Source: Convolutriloba macropyga (lineage: Eukaryota). Taken from it: a DNA stretch of 64,000 nt. The position numbers and the translations under genes are program-made. Under the pieces are notes generated by a model. It did not search any database. It saw only the letters and a list, made by a program, of their open reading frames with translations, and had not been told where the DNA came from. This document shows, piece after piece, positions 27,417 through 43,000 of this stretch (its first letter is position 1; each line of letters opens with the position of its first letter). The stretch covers positions 41,788,001 through 41,852,000 of the forward strand of contig NC_134480.1 in assembly GCF_964194025.1 (NCBI RefSeq), read 5' to 3'.

Positions 27417-30400
27417 CTGGAAAAAATAACCACTGTAAAGAATGCAACAGGTCAATTAACTCGTGAAGATGGAATCTTGAAACAGTGTAAAAAATTCAAT
27501 TTGAAAAAATGTCGCCAGGTCAGATTTAATGAAGTTTGAGCTGTTTTTATGTTTTCATCACAATTTTTAATTTTTGTGCTGGACTGGATGATTGTAATTT
27601 CTTCTCAATTCACATTATTAGGCAGTTACAACCAATTTGCGCCCGTTCTGTGAAAAGTCCAGCAAGAAATTTCAAAACAATTGATGCAAACAGAAAAGCA
27701 GCTCAAAATTTAGATCAATTCATCTGACTTGGCGCCAACTTTTGGTATGTTTTGGAATCTTAACTATGTTCATATTTTGTAAAAATCAATTTAGATTTTT
27801 GAAACGTAAGACTATTATCTACTTCAATTTTACATCTGCGATCAACTTTAAAATTTAAAACTTTTCAAAACATACCCTGCGAACAGATATGGTCCTGACC
27901 AAAATTAACTCTGATCAGACTTTCCGGACTTAGAGGGTCTCTGGTCAGACTTTCCAGACCGCACAATTTCTGATCAGAACATAACATCTCGAGACCATGG
28001 TCCAAAGTCAAAATTGGACCATTACCCCGACTATAATCAGACCATGATCAGACTTGTCAGACTAAATTAACCTCTGATCAGACTCAATCTAGACCATTGT
28101 GCGCATATGATCAGATTATATACTTATCGCTAAAATATATTCATTTCATGAAAATTGATGTTTCAAATATTATATTCAACTAAGGCAAAGCCAGTTCTAA
28201 AAGTATTGCCAATGAAAAGAAAACTCACTTGCCACAAGAAAAATTTATTGAGTATACTGCTGATTCGTGTTTTGACTGAATAGATGAAATTAGACAACTT
28301 TGCATAATAACGTCTTTATCTACAGTTATTCTAATTCTTTTCAAAAGTGGATCGGCATTTGCTATCAGCGTTCCGTTGGTTCTAATCAACCCCATCAGAC
28401 TCTCGATGAATCTCAGATCAGAATGCTGCTGTATTGTTGACCCTTGGCAGAGACATCTGTGAGAAAAAAACTTGAACTTGAAAAAATTAATTGCTCGAAT
28501 CGGCCTCTGATAAGACTATCCTGCACTTGAAGCCGCCTATGATCAGACTTTCCAGAACAAAGTGACCTCTGATCAGACCATCTCCAGACCATGTTCCAGA
28601 ATCTAGTGCGCTAGACTGTAGTGCTGCTGTCCAGACGTAATGAAAAGAACGACGCTCAAAATTAGACGCTCAAAATGATCATTTTTAAAAATTCAATAAA
28701 TAACGTGTGTGCACTCAAGTTGGTCTGTCCAGAGAACAATTTGGGTTTCGACCTCAACCTGGGTGGCGATTAGACGCTCAAAATTATCAATTTTAAAAAT
28801 TCAAAAAATAAGAATAATGGCGAATAAATATCTGCATATCAGAATACTATTTCAAGTGCACTTACCTAAAAGGAGGAAACAAATTCTCAACCTCACAATC
28901 TTGTCAGAGTTTACAAATTTCTCCAAATCTCCATTTTCCATTAGTGCCATAAAGCTCAATTCAAAGCTACAAAACAGCGAACAGCTAAAGAGAATAAATG
29001 AAGTGGAAAATGAAGATATGAATTTAAAATTAGAAGCTAAAAAGGATCAGCCCTTAATTGATTCACATTTTGAATGTGGTGAAATTGATGTAAGCTGTCG
29101 CTTTTTCAAACTGTTCAGTCGTGCGTGAAAACATTTCAGCTCGTTGGTTTTGAAAAAAGAAATGGCCCGCTTTAGTCCAAGCTGGTCAGAGGCCGGCCGC
29201 CTTTTAAACGGTACCGCTTTTGAACAAATATGATAATTATGTTAAATATGGGTTGGGGGAGGGGATAAAGGGACTAAGAGTTCAATCTCTGCCTTTCGAG
29301 CTATCATGATAATTTCTTCTGTTATTGATGAGCTCGATGAATAAATGCTAGGCTCATGAGAGCCTGAAGAACCTAATGAGATAAAATGTGCCATTAAAGA
29401 TTGCGTTCAAATCAACTTTGTTATCAAAAATATGATTTTCTAAAAGGTTATTATGAAAAACGTTGAATTGTTTATTGCCCAATTTAATCAGATTAGGAGG
29501 TATTAAGTCTTTTTTGAAGAAAAAGATATGCAATCGTCAATTGGTTTTTTAGAGATTTTTTCATATTACTAGAGCGACTAGTTATTGGTGGTAGACGTCC
29601 TTTTTGTTATAGTTCTGGTTTGAGGCCTTGAAGTCATTGCGGTTAGAAAAAGTTAGTCTGCGAACAGGGTATTTCCTAAGTCGTTTTTAGCAGTTCCTGA
29701 GACCACTGTGCCTCTCCTATACTGTTCGAATATACTGTTCGAATTGTTTGTTTCACAACACGTAAGGAATATGATCATGTCTTCTCATGTCAAAAAATGT
29801 CCGCAAAATCGGCTCTTGAACTTTTTAGATATCCATAAGGTATGTTTAATGATCATACAATAAGAGGCCATAAATCAGTAAACGTTTTTGCATAAGTAGT
29901 ATAAACAATCAAAATTTGTTGCTTTGAAAAAACATTTGGTCACTATATTCTGCACCTGAAGACCGGAAAATTTCCCACCCTTTAAAAACCTAAGAACAAT
30001 TTAAGGTTTCAACGGTCAACTTTTTTGAGCGAATGATATTTTCTTACAAATTTCTTCCTGAAGGTTGCTCATTTCATGCTTAAGGGAGAGATGACAGAAA
30101 AGTGATTAGAGAAAACTGATTGCTAACTTAATGCTAAACCTATCACTAAAAAAAATCAGACTTCAAATTATCAAAAAAAATATTAATATCAAAATATTAC
30201 ACGTTGAACTTGCAATTGTGTTTCCTGCAACGAAGTTTTCAGAAGATTTAATAGCGACTACTTATCAATTTTATATAGGATTATGTTCGGTAATGTAAAA
30301 ATTAACGTCTCGTAGTGTTACTATTATCAGTCCATACTCAGTGTTTGCCCTCTTTTCAGGCCATATCTCCGGACCTATCTTTTTACAGGAACATCAGTCC

Positions 30401-33400
30401 AGATTATTTCTATTATGAGATCTTAATGCGACCACAATTGTCCGCTCCATTTTTGAGACAAAATCCTGGGAGTCACAATTAATGTTTTGCTATTTGAGCT
30501 CAAAAAGTCTCATATTAAGGAGCCTGTTAAAAATCCGATTGGCAAAAAGGCAGAAAAAAATAAACAAAATTTCGAAAAAGTACTCTGTCGATTTTTTTAA
30601 AAGCAATGAACCACAAAAAAAAAAGATAACAACATGATGCCATTTAGCTGGGTTTGAATTTTCATCGAACTCCCCATTTTCTTCAACAAAATAATGTATG
30701 AACTCGGCTGACATTCTCTTTATTGTTTTGTAATGAAGACCGCATTTCGCTGCCATGAAGCTGATTTTAATGTACTTTTTAAAAGTTAAATGATGACGCT
30801 TTTTTCGAAATGAAATACTGTGATTTTTGAGGAACGATTTTTCTTGTATCTCAGTTTGGGTTACCTTTGTCAAGCAACCGAAAGTTCGTCCTCTTCGATA
30901 TCAAAATCGACAAATCGGTTAAAGGTCTTTGACTTTTCTATCGTTATTTTGTCCATCTAAAATTGTTTTTTCCTTTTTCCTTTCTATTCAACCAGATTAA
31001 AACAATAATCAAAATTGGTGCTGACAAGTATTTGGTCAGAAAATATGAAAAAGCGATGTAATCACATGTAGAAAACACAGGAAAATTGGAAATCTCTCCG
31101 TGTGTANNNNNNNNNNNNNNNNNNNNNNNNNNNNNNNNNNNNNNNNNNNNNNNNNNNNNNNNNNNNNNNNNNNNNNNNNNNNNNNNNNNNNNNNNNNNNN
31201 NNNNNNNNNNNNNNNNNNNNNNNNNNNNNNNNNNNNNNNNNNNNNNNNNNNNNNNNNNNNNNNNNNNNNNNNNNNNNNNNNNNNNNNCTAAGTGTTTTTT
31301 ATGTGTAAATTTGTGTGAACATGTTGCTTGTTTGTTTTTTTGTTTTTAGGTGCTTTTGAGCTGGTCTGTGTTCCTGAGTGTGTGTGGGTGTTTGTGTGAT
31401 TGTTAATGTGTCTCTATGCAAGAGTGTGCGTATGTGCTGGTGCATATGTGTCGGTGTGTGTTTTTAAGTGTGTGTGTGTGCGGGGGGTGATTTTGTGTGA
31501 GTTTGCGTGCGTTAAAGAACCAAACCAAAACAAAACTTTTTTTTCAGGATTGAACAATTCTTTGTAAAGACAACTTTTGGAAAAAATTTTGAGCCCAAAA
31601 TTTTGAAAGCTTGAAAGTTTACTTTGTGAAAGTTTTTCTGAAATAGCTGATGTTCATAAATAGCGTTAGTTTTTTCATATCCAGGGTTTTTGTAATTTTT
31701 TTAAAAACTACGATCTAAGGCTTTCGTTTTACACGATTATAGAGTGAAGAAGTCTGAAAACCAATTAAGTGAAAAGTTGACTAAGATCTTAATAGCGGAA
31801 TTAGATAATTATAGCAACATCTTTCAAAATAACTCAAAATTGTGTGTAAACGGACGCTATGGAGGCAACCTGGATAACTCAGATGAATAAAAAATTTCAA
31901 TAAAACTATTTATAAAAACCTTTTAGACAGTGGAGAAATTTTGCAATGAATTTGTAGAACTTGCAACGAATTGATTTAACTAAGGACAAGACAATTAACA
32001 ATCTAACAGCAATGTCGAACTAAAATAGATAACAACGCCCGTGACCCTTCATGCGCAAAATGCCTGTTGCAACATTAGGTGCTTCAAGGATCTCTATTAG
32101 TAGCAAAGCATTGACTAGGCGCATCCTTAGAAAGCGTACATAAAAAGCAACATTTTGGGAATGAAAAAAATACTCCAACAAAAGTACTAGATTATAAAGG
32201 CAAAAATAAGACCATTTTTCTTAAAAAATTAAATACTTTTTAATAACAAATAATATAAAAGTCATAGAGAGCAATAGCTACGGACTAAAATAAATAAATC
32301 CATAAATTTAATCAACAATAACAGCCTATGAGATTAGTCATTAAAGGCATTAGGTGATAAAACACCAATTAGTACAACAAATACTAGCAGAACTCAACAA
32401 TATATTTTGAAAACTAACAGCGAACAAGCCATTAAAAGCTAAACTATGACTTAAACAATTCATTGTCTAAATTAGGCATTCTTTGCAACAGACAAGACCT
32501 GTCATTGATAAGACTAAAAGCAACAAACAAGACCCGTCAAAATGACTATAAGTTATATGACAGCAAAAATATTGACAAAAATGGGCCGAAACCAAAAATT
32601 AACTATCATTTTTTTACAATAAAAAGTGTTAAAATCAGAAAAAGTATTAACTGCCCGCTGATGAGCTGATGACTTCAAGCAATTTCAAATAGGAGCAATT
32701 AGAACTGTTTTATTTTAATAGTACTCACCAGCAGAAAATCCGAAAATGAAAGTCAAATTGCCGCACACGAAAAAAAAATTAGCTATAAAAAATTCATAAT
32801 TAGTTCAAATAACGATTTCTCACGCAACACTAAAGGTACTTTGTATGACAAATAACGCCTAAAACCCACTCATTTTTCACTTGTCTCCTTATACTACTAC
32901 AACGTGATTAAAATCATTACTCTAATTTGACTTCTCACTTACGTGAAAAAACAGAAACAAAGGTGAAAAGATCTTGAAAAAAAGACAACACACCAATACA
33001 AACAAATAATTTGGATTGTAAAAAAATCATTTTTCTTCGATATCTCTTATTATATTGTTTCCTGTGAAATTTCAGGAAAAACAAAACACACATGTAAAAT
33101 GAGCAGATAATGCTAGGAATCGATTATGATGCAAATTCTAAAAACCATTGCATGTCAACAACAATGAAAACAACTATTACAATTAAAAACTGAAATATTA
33201 TACACCTTGAGCAAACTACACGGCAACATGCGAGTATACTATTGTTCAAATAATTCCATCTAGAAGTAAACATTAAAATTTCTTTAAAAGCGTAGAATTT
33301 TGAAAATTTTATTAAACTTGAGAAAAAAATGCGAGATAAGTGCAGCATTATCTTTTCACTGGAACCTAATTAAGTTGGTAATTCTATCATAATTAATCTC

Positions 33401-36399
33401 TCTTGGTCCCAAAAACTATCAGAAAAGTATTACGACTAAAAAATTGAAAAAATAATCAGCGCGATAAGGGTATGAAAAGTCAAGATTATGTCTGAACGAT
33501 GTCACGATCTGACAATATTTTTTGAAATACTTGCTAATAGCCTGATGAAGTTCATTTTGCCACTAACCTCCAAAAAGTAATCAGTAAAACCAAGGAAACA
33601 TGAAATGAAGAAATTAGAAGAGCATTTCGACTTTCTAAATCCGGACAAAACTCTAAATCAAAAATGCGCAAATAAAACGCAAAAATACATGAATAATTAC
33701 ATTAATTGATAAAATATTTTGATGGCAGATGGTCATACAGGTGACAAAGAGAGAACGACTTAACAATTTTTCACAAAATTATCACAAAATTCTAACGGGT
33801 AGTTATACTTTTAAACCTTATCATGGAAGATTTGAGATGACACTTAATCAGGAAACTAACAATGCCTTGAAATATTAAAAGACACTTCAAAATACCAAAA
33901 TGTTTTCGAACTTCAATTAAAATTTTAAGCAGTGCAAGACTTTTTAGGTGTAAGAAGAAAAAAATACTGGTAACAAAGTTCATGTCGAATAAATCCGCCA
34001 AATCATTAACTAGGGGAAAAAATTTCCAGATGTGGCAAAAAACTCAGAGAAGATAAGATTTTTAATCGATAAATTTTCCCAAAACTCCATCCAAAATCCA
34101 TTTATTTTCATAAATCTGAACAGCATGCAGTAACTTATATTTGGACTTTTGACAAGCACAAAATGATGCAACCATCAACTCCTGAGAACTGCAACTGTTC
34201 AAATCCTCGAAAGATAACTTATGAGCGGAAGTTGAAGAACTTTAGTTGGAACAGAGAATCTTTCTCTGTTTTAGGGAAAAGGTGTAGACGAATAACTGTT
34301 TTGCGAACCATCATTAAATCTAATGCACACCATTAAGTAAAACATGAGAAAACAGCGAAAATGATTTTACAATTTAAAAAAACCTTACTGCAGAAAGTTC
34401 AATTAGGCTTAAACTATATTGTACCTTTACGAAAAATGACCGTATGGGTTCAAATATTATACCAGTTTTGCAAACGGTTGCATGATACGCTCCCTCGGTG
34501 AATATTTTCTATTTTTCGTTTCAGATCAATTTCGCTTATTAAGCATTGATTGTTTTCAGGAATCAAGATGAAGTTTTTTCTCTGTTCCAAACTGACTAGA
34601 AACGCCATAAAAGTATTCTAAAAAGCTAAAGACAAACAATTAGAGCCATCTTTTAAAAAAACAATCCCAAAAGAAGCTTAAAACATATTATGAACAATTA
34701 CTTTGGTCAAGGCACGTGGATCCGTTTTCAAGCAGTTGAATCTATGAAGTTAAGCAAAAAGCACGCCAAATATCTATAGCTCTCTACATTTCTGTGATAA
34801 AAAATCGCCTTTAGGATTAAAATTATAGCCAAATATAAAAAACAATCCAAGTTCCCTAAGAAATTTCCGTTTTAGGAAACAAAATTTCTTACTTGTCACC
34901 TAAAAAACAAAGAGAACCATCGTGTTACAGTATCAGAGCTCTCAGGGACTCAGCTGCAAACATTTTCAGTAAAATCAACCGAACTAACAATTTCAAAATT
35001 TTTTTTGATCACTGACTATTAATACAATACCTCAATACCTCGTTCCAGATTGTTTGAGGGAACGTGTTGGAAAGAAATTGACAGTTTTGAACAATGTTCA
35101 CGCATGCAGACAATAACTTCGTAGAATATCTCAAAAATTATCGAATCGAGGGAGTTTAAAATTAAACTGTCTGATGATTTCGTTAAGTGAAATTAAAAAA
35201 ACCATTTTTTTTTCTGAGAACAAGGTGCTTTTAGTCTAAGCTGATAACTGAAAAAAAACAAATTGTCTAAATCATTTCAGCAGAAGACTCTTTAGTTAGC
35301 AACCTAATTAACTGAACGTCTAAGGAAACCACAATCCAGGCACGATAATGAAAGAAAATTTCTTTTTCTAATGAGAACTATACAACAAATCTCATACTTG
35401 GGTATCTAGTATTCAAGCGGCTGCTGCTATAATGACTGTTGTTGCTTGAATTTTTGGAATATCTTACAACTTAGAGCCCTTTCAAGCTACTTTTTGGTAA
35501 ATATTTGGTCTTTATCGAAAAAGATTTTTTTAAAACAAACTATGCACGCTTCCTTGCCGCAGTTGAATGCCAGTTCAAGACGGCAGTGATCAGTAAGCAC
35601 TAATGTAAACTGGTTGAAACACTGATTAAAACAATTCCATTGGTGAACACTGATGGAAAACAACTGTTTGCATTTTTTTGCATAAAAACGAGGAAATCCA
35701 AATTTCCTCTTAAAGTTGTAGAATTTCTACGATAGAAGCTTTGCTTAAGATTATTTGGCAATCCAAGAATTACTTGGAGACCATTTGAATAAAGATTTTA
35801 GACCATTTTATGCGTGGCGCCATTTTATGAGTTTTGTAACCAAAATTATGTTAAGTTCACTAGCTCTAACAGATTCCAGCAAACCGAGCCAGGTCATAAA
35901 ATTTGTTTTGATGGACACAGAACTTATAAGTCTTAGTTACGCAGTTGTTGGACAAAGTCCGATCGTTTTTCATTTAGCCTTTCAGCTTTCTTCTGGTTGC
36001 TAGAAGCCGTCAAAATTACAACTTGGTCATTTTTGGTTATGAAAGCTTTTGAAGGATCGCAAAAAGCGTTTTTAGAAATTCAGGTGCAGATATGCCGGAA
36101 TATATTAGTCCATGGTCAAAATGTCAAATATCAATTGAGGAACGCTGTTCTGTGATAAAACAGTTTCAGCCACGCAAAGTCAAAATCAAGGTTAACGACT
36201 ACGCTAAAACACATTACAATTTTAAGTATTTTTTTTAGATAGTTTGAAAAGAATTCCGTTCAAGCTCTAGTTTTCTGGTCGGACTTTAAAACATTTTAAT
36301 TTTTCATTCGGAAATATCACCAACATTTTAATTAGCCTTTTAAATTTTTTACCAGTCAAAATCTATATACATAATTTAATTCTGTTGTTTTGAGTAGTC

Positions 36400-37030
36400 A
36401 GGTAATTTCTATTCTACCTCTGCGTTCGCACTTTAAGGAACTTTGGGTAAAAGTAAAGTGGAGACTTGGTTTTAAAAACTGCGACTTTGAGACAAATTGC
36501 CTTCATTTTGCAATGAAACTCTGGATGTATTTGGTGATCATGCTCTCTATGTCACGGACGTAGAGGCGCCATCGCAAGACACGACAGAATGCAAGATCGG
36601 GTTATATCAGCTTGTTCGACAGCTATCGTAACTCCAATTTGGGAAAACGAAACCTAATCGCTGATAAAAAATTTGCTACATGGCGACATTTTCTATTCAT
36701 CACGGACGCCAGGCCGTTCTGCTGCTCTTGATGTTAGAGTGGCTTCTTCTCTGCAACTAAAAATTATCCATTATGCGGCTGAGATGATAGGTTGCGAAAC
36801 AGAAGAATCTAAGTTCGAAAGTTTAGAGAGTTTGAGCAAAAATGATTTCATTAAGGTATTATTTTTATGCCAATGGCAATGGAAGTATTAGGTGGTATAT
36901 TTTCGCTTTAAAACGAATAGCCACATTTTCAGACGATCAGGAGCTATCAATCCCAGAGATTTTGCATTACTTTTGACAGACAGGCAGAGTCACTCCCAAT
37001 AGTTGAAATACGTGAGTTTAATGTTGTTGC
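36400..37030 (+). mobile_element. Decayed 3' end of a restriction-like-endonuclease non-LTR retrotransposon (CRE-like)
   Basis: Fragmented KWRLG, C..C.ETLDVFGDHAL, ARHDR.QDRV, GDI...GRSAALDVRVAS and PMAMEVLGG motifs, i.e. zinc knuckle plus PD-(D/E)xK endonuclease, with stops and shifts. Confidence 0.65.
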
Positions 37031-40000
37031 TAGCCAGCGCGCCATTAGAGTCTCGTATGTTTATAGAGAACTTCAATCTCACCTTTCTGAGGTAAAAGTT
37101 TTCAAAATCTTCTATTGAGGGGATCTAATCATCATCTTCAATTTTACCCGACCAAAGTGGGGAGAATAGAAACATACTTTTCATGTGTGAAAAATTGATA
37201 AGGACTGACGAAAGTTGATTAAACAAATTGTTGATCTGCTGTTTTGATAAACATAGTCACGTTAACAAAATTATTTGTCATTTCAATTGCCTAATTATTT
37301 TTGCTTATTCAAAGGTTTGCGTATTCAAATAATAGTATATTCACAATATTTTTTATGTTTCACTTTTGCAGGTAAATCTGCAAGAATTCTCACCTGGAAT
37401 TTTGCGTGCTTGCAGACGTTTCAGGTAAATTTACTTAGACATTTTTAGTGAGGTAATCGATAATTGCAGGGACATATTCAAAGTTTTCATTTCATGACTA
37501 AAAACTAGAGGACTCTTTTCGACAACAACCTCCTTTTACAAAAGGGGAACTATTCTTGAATAGAAATTAAGGGAAAAATTTATTAACCAAACAGAGACGA
37601 CTGATAATTTTCCACGTATGTGCAAACTGTATTACACTGAAAAGAATAAAGTACGCTATGCTATGACATATAGACGAATTGGAATACAAAGCGAAAAGAA
37701 TTTCCGACTGGTGGGTCGGTGGGTTTCCCGCGATAACCGATCCGCAATTTCCGGATTACATCCCACAGCGCATGAGAGGCATGGCCGTGAACAGCGGTCC
37801 GCAATTGCGCTCAAACTCATATTCGGCTATCTAACCTGTAGGCCACGTAATATTGTGTTGAAGTATAGCAGAGAAGAGTCGATTCTCTATTAGGTACCAT
37901 GGGGGGGGGGGGGGGGAATGGTGAAAAGATCCGATTAGAGTTTAAAGTTTCCAGAATATTTTCACTTTTTGCTTTTGTTACGTTTCGAATGTGCTCAAAG
38001 TCTTATGTCATATACCAAATGATAATATTTTAATATAAAAAAAGAGATCGCGGATTGGGATTGCTTCTTAATATATTCAGTGTAGTTTTCATTTTATAAA
38101 TGTTTGAGAACACAAATGCAGTTGAAATTTAAAACTAAATCGGTGCTCGATGAATTGTAAATTATGCATTGAAATCAGTAAAATTTTTGACTGAAACCTG
38201 CAGCCGCCTTAAATGAAATCGCCATATAAAGTACGTGAGCCTTGAAATATATTTGACCCCACCTTTCTTGAACTTAACTTTGATTAAATTTTGTAGATTT
38301 AGCGACGATTTTGATGCATAGCCGACAGTTCCTGTGTATACGTTTGAGTTGATTAATTAGTCCACGGAGCCGGTTAACAGGATAATTTTGAACCTATCCG
38401 GAAATTATTCACACAGCTATCTTAACCAACCTGTTAAAAAGCGTCAAATAATACATCGATACAATTATGGTAGACATGATCGATCAAATTTTTATCAGGT
38501 GCGCCATGGCCTAACTAATCGTTACATTGATATAAGGTCATATTTTGTACCAGGCTCTGCAGAACTTTGGTTCCAATTTATAAATTTGTTCAGGTGAACA
38601 TATAAGCCGATTAGAGATGATTGATTGATTAGTTTAACAAATGCACACACCTTTTGTTATATTTTTATGACTTGTATTTGCGCTCTAATGAGCTTGTATG
38701 TTTAACAATGTTTGAGCAACTGTACATTCAACAGATCGTGCCTCTCCGCCTAATTTACACACTCAAATGCCACAATTGGACGAGTTTTCACTTAGCCGAA
38801 TTGTTTTTCTACTTCTTGAAATCAATAAAATAATCAATCTTTTCAAATTTAATTGTCCGAAAACACCTATTTACTAGTGTAAATTGAGAAAACAGGGGAA
38901 ATTGCTGACTTTGTGAGAGTGGAATTAATAATTTTGAATTCGTTTCAATGGGTATTTTAGGCTAATTGGGTATGAACGGGCCTTGGGGTTGTTTACGAGT
39001 ATTAGTTTGTGCGTGTCTTGGTGTGGGGTGGCTAGATGTTGTGAGTTGTTGTTTTAAGCCAAGCTGGCGTTGGGGGGAGAGTTGGTGAAAAGAATTAGTT
39101 ATAGCAGCAGTAGTATTGACAGGCGTGGAGTGAGTTCATGTGTGTATATGTGTGTGTAATAGAAGGTGGTTGATTTGATTGACAGGCGAGTGGTGAACAA
39201 ATTGTCTGTCGCTCAAATCGATTCAATCTTTTCATGCTTTTCATGCTCAGCAAGAGAGCTGAAGACTTACGGCTTAAATCCACTCACTTCTGGCTAAATT
39301 GAAACATTTTCTACCTCAGCCAGCGAGTAATAACTAAGCCACCTCTTATATCTATCTACTAACTACAACTACCACCACCACCACCACCACCAATACCACC
39401 GCCACCAGTCTTTTCTTAACAAAACACTCGTCCTTCTATTAAATAGCCAAGCCTCAATCTCAATTTGCTCTAATTATTAGCTATTATTCATTCTCAAACC
39501 CAAATCACCAAACCAATATCCCCAACACTCACCTCAATTCGCCCCAGCAGTTGTTCCTCCAAATCTTTTCAGCCGCCCCCTTTAACCCTAGCTCCCATTT
39601 TGCCCGCCCGCTCAGTGGCCTGATCGTGTGTGTACGAGTGTGTGTGTTGGTTGATTTGTGGCCGGCCGGGGTAGCCAGACAAGCAGTTGAAAGCCGGGGC
39701 AACTGTCGACGTAAAGACACTAAATTCATAACTAAATTCCCTAACTAGCAGAGAGCAGGCCTGTCTCAAACAGACCCTGAAGAGAAAAGCGTAAGCCCGC
39801 GAAACGAAAACCATTATTATTTTGATTCCTTTCAATTTGGCCAATTTGTATATTTTATTCTATCACTTGTTCAGGCGCGCCGCCTTTTTACTTATTTTAA
39901 ACCTCACATTTGCCTGTTACATTGTCTTAACTCGCAATTGTAAGATTTAAATAAGCTACTGCCACTTACACGCATTTACTTCGCACGCCCCACTAGTTTG

Positions 40001-43000
40001 CAAAAGCTGTCGTCAATTTGCGACTGTCAAATTGCATAATTTATCACTGCATCTTACAGCAATAGCCCGCCTTCACTTACGGCCAGACAAGCAGACAGAT
40101 ATCAGAGGCCAGCTAGTTAGTGCCAGTCTGTAACAGGTAACAGTTTATAATTTATGATTTATTTCAGCTAATATGCTTAACCGTTAAGATAATAACAGCT
40201 ACTACTATTACACTTATGCTACTAAATTCTTATCTGTCATTTCGACGAGTGTTAATGTCGTTTATTGATTCTAATGCTTTGCGGTCACATGACTTTCCGG
40301 TCAAACTTGATTTTGAAGCTAATGAACTCGAAATTTTTCGCACTTTTTTTAATCCTTTAAAGCTTTTAAATCGGATCAATTTAGCAAAATTGGGATCTTT
40401 TTATGGAGGCAGTAAATTTAAATTTATTACTTGACTTTGTGGCTGAAAGAAATTTGGGGTCTTTCCCATTATAGCCCCCCATACGAAAATATAGCCCCCC
40501 CATTGTGGAATGTTTACCATGATGGGGGGTATAGGTTATTTGACCAGTAAGCTGGGAAAGACCCGAAACTTGTTTGTTTCCACGAGTTTTTTTTGTTTGA
40601 AAATGACCTAATTGTTAAACATCAGATCCTAGCAGATTAAAATCTAGCCAAATATAAGAGATTATTAGTCTTTTTTTTGAAAAATGTAACCTTTCGAATT
40701 AAATTTTCGAATGATACTATGTCTCGGACTACAACTTACTCATAAATCAGAGTTCTATCTAGTCGAGGCCAAAAGTATATCTTGTAAGATTCTTACAGTA
40801 AAAAGTATATTTTGTTAGATTCTTGCAAGAAAAAGTTTGCGACTGTCAAATTGCAAGATTAACTTTTTCCGTAAAAGTCCCATAAAGAGCACACCAGGGG
40901 GGATGGAGAAAAGAGTAAATGCCGTTTTAAAAAGCTCTCTTTTTAGGTTTTTAAAAACTATTTTGACACATAATTTTGACCTCCTTTTCATGAAGTTTTC
41001 AAAAATTTAATAAAAAATGAATTTTCTTAAAGTTCTTTTAAGACTAATTCAGATTGACGTGTTTTTAACCTTTGTCTATAATTGTCAAATGTTTGAATGA
41101 AAAACCACTATCGAAAATGCTACAACAGACCATAAAAAAAGTAAGTTTTCTAATTTTTCTCCTAACTGAGTACTGTGACTCCCTAAATTGCTAAAAATTG
41201 ATGAAATAATGTAATTGCTGTGAATGGTTGTATGTTTTGCAGTTCTTACCGCTTAATACGGTGAAAGCGGTAAAAAATGTCACCAGTAAAAATACAAGTA
41301 ATTTTCATAAGTCATTTGAGCTATATAGATTATTGTGTAGATGCCTAACTTTTGGTTATAATCGTGAAATTTACATGTTAGAAATGAAAAATTCGGAAGT
41401 TTTTTTAAAAATAATTTGTGACTAGGACTGGCCGTTCCGATGTCTGAAAAGATTAAAATAACCTTAAAATTGATTAATACCGATTTGTTTCACAATTTTA
41501 TTTGCCTTCACCTTTCTAATGTACTAGTGCTACATATAATACAAAACTAAAACATTTTTAGTGCTATCTGATGCAATCCTACTGTAGTACTATTGCCGTG
41601 GTATATGTCGACATAGTGATTCAACCATTTAAACCGTGCCAGCTGGCAAAAATTGTAAACCATCAGTATAAAAAGCATAGAATTTGTAGAAGCACTTTTT
41701 CCAACTCTTCGAAGATACAATCCACTGGCTGGCGATTCAGGCGCAGCAGCAGAGGAATAGCCACGAATAACAAAAAGCTCAGCTGAGCGCATTGGCTAAA
41801 TGTTTAGCGATATAGCTCGAGCATTAGCAGCTAATGCTTAACTTATTACCTCACATTAGAAATGAATACAATTATGCGCTATATTAGATAGTGATGACTG
41901 TAACTAAGTATTTCTTTTCAATACAATATCTCATTCTCCTTGCTAATTTATGCTCTGAAATTAATATCATTGGTTTAATTGTTTGATTGTTCGAAAAATA
42001 CAATAACAGATAAAATGGTACCTTAACAATTGAATCAGGTTTTCAAAGATGCGTTTTCGGTTTTGTACCAGAAGATTGTTGTCGGCGAAAATTGATTGCA
42101 CAGAAAAGTCAGTCAGATGTAAATTTCTTAGCCCCCAAATAAAATAGGAGTTTGGGAACATTAAACAGATACAGCTGCTTGCCAATTTTATTTACAGACT
42201 GCTTCGGCAACAACCCATCACTGTACCGCAAAAAACAATTACCAGAAATATTTGGGGCGAAAATGTCTCAACCAACTATACCCAGAACCGCAGTGTAGTT
42301 TGCTAACATTAGCACCACAGCTGCAGTAATTCCCCAGTTCTGTTGGACTGATGTACTAGCTAGTGGTTGTTACAATTGTAAGAGAATTTCTGTTTCTGCC
42401 ATCCCGTAGAATGTTTGATTGTTTTTCGTTTTTTGAGGAAAAGAGGAGCGGTTTGGCTGCATTTAATTGTAAGTTGACTTATATTTAGCACTTCTTTTGT
42501 TATCAATATGTTATTCGCCAGAGGTTTGATATTTGCTTAAGAAAACGAGTCTTTGAAACAGGAAAACGAAGAGCTTTTTTCGTTTTTGTCAAGATCAATT
42601 TAATTCGAATCTCCGGCCGATAGTTGATTCCTCAAAACATGGCATGGCTTTTTTTTTAATAGAGTGCAACATAAAGGCTACTACTAAGTTGTCATAACTT
42701 GAGTATTCTAATAGTCAGTTCATAATACATTAGTTTTTAGTACGTTAGAATTGCAATTAATAGTTATTCATTCATGCTGATAATATGCTTAGAGGCATTG
42801 TCTGTTCAAGCACCATTTCAGAACTGTTCACAATTAAAGCTTCATGTGATGGATTACATGAATCTGATTTTTTCTTTAATTTTTATAATATAGAGAGGGA
42901 AGTTTCAACTAGCTGTTTTCACGTTATCTCCAGAAATAAAAAATTGAAATTAGTATTGCTTTACTTTTTTGAGTTCAATAAATGCGAGAAAGAAATTTCA

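Noticed and set aside
28229-28458. Candidate upstream exon of the ion channel (acceptor near 28458, donor near 28228)
   Set aside because: The open frame ends in phase 2 whereas the 27416 exon needs phase 1, and there is no recognisable channel motif.
33300-35100. Highly decayed LINE reverse transcriptase (LDF.KA-like remnant near 34141)
   Set aside because: Only faint motif traces with many stops; cannot be supported without an alignment.
37372-37424. Possible plus-strand micro-exon (ttttgcag...CAG|gtaaat), plus a donor near 46621
   Set aside because: The splice signals look plausible, but no partner exons or recognisable protein could be assembled.
39000-40150. GC-richer island with weak inverted similarity and (ACC)n run, possible promoter or TE end
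   Set aside because: No defined termini, TSD or coding signal.
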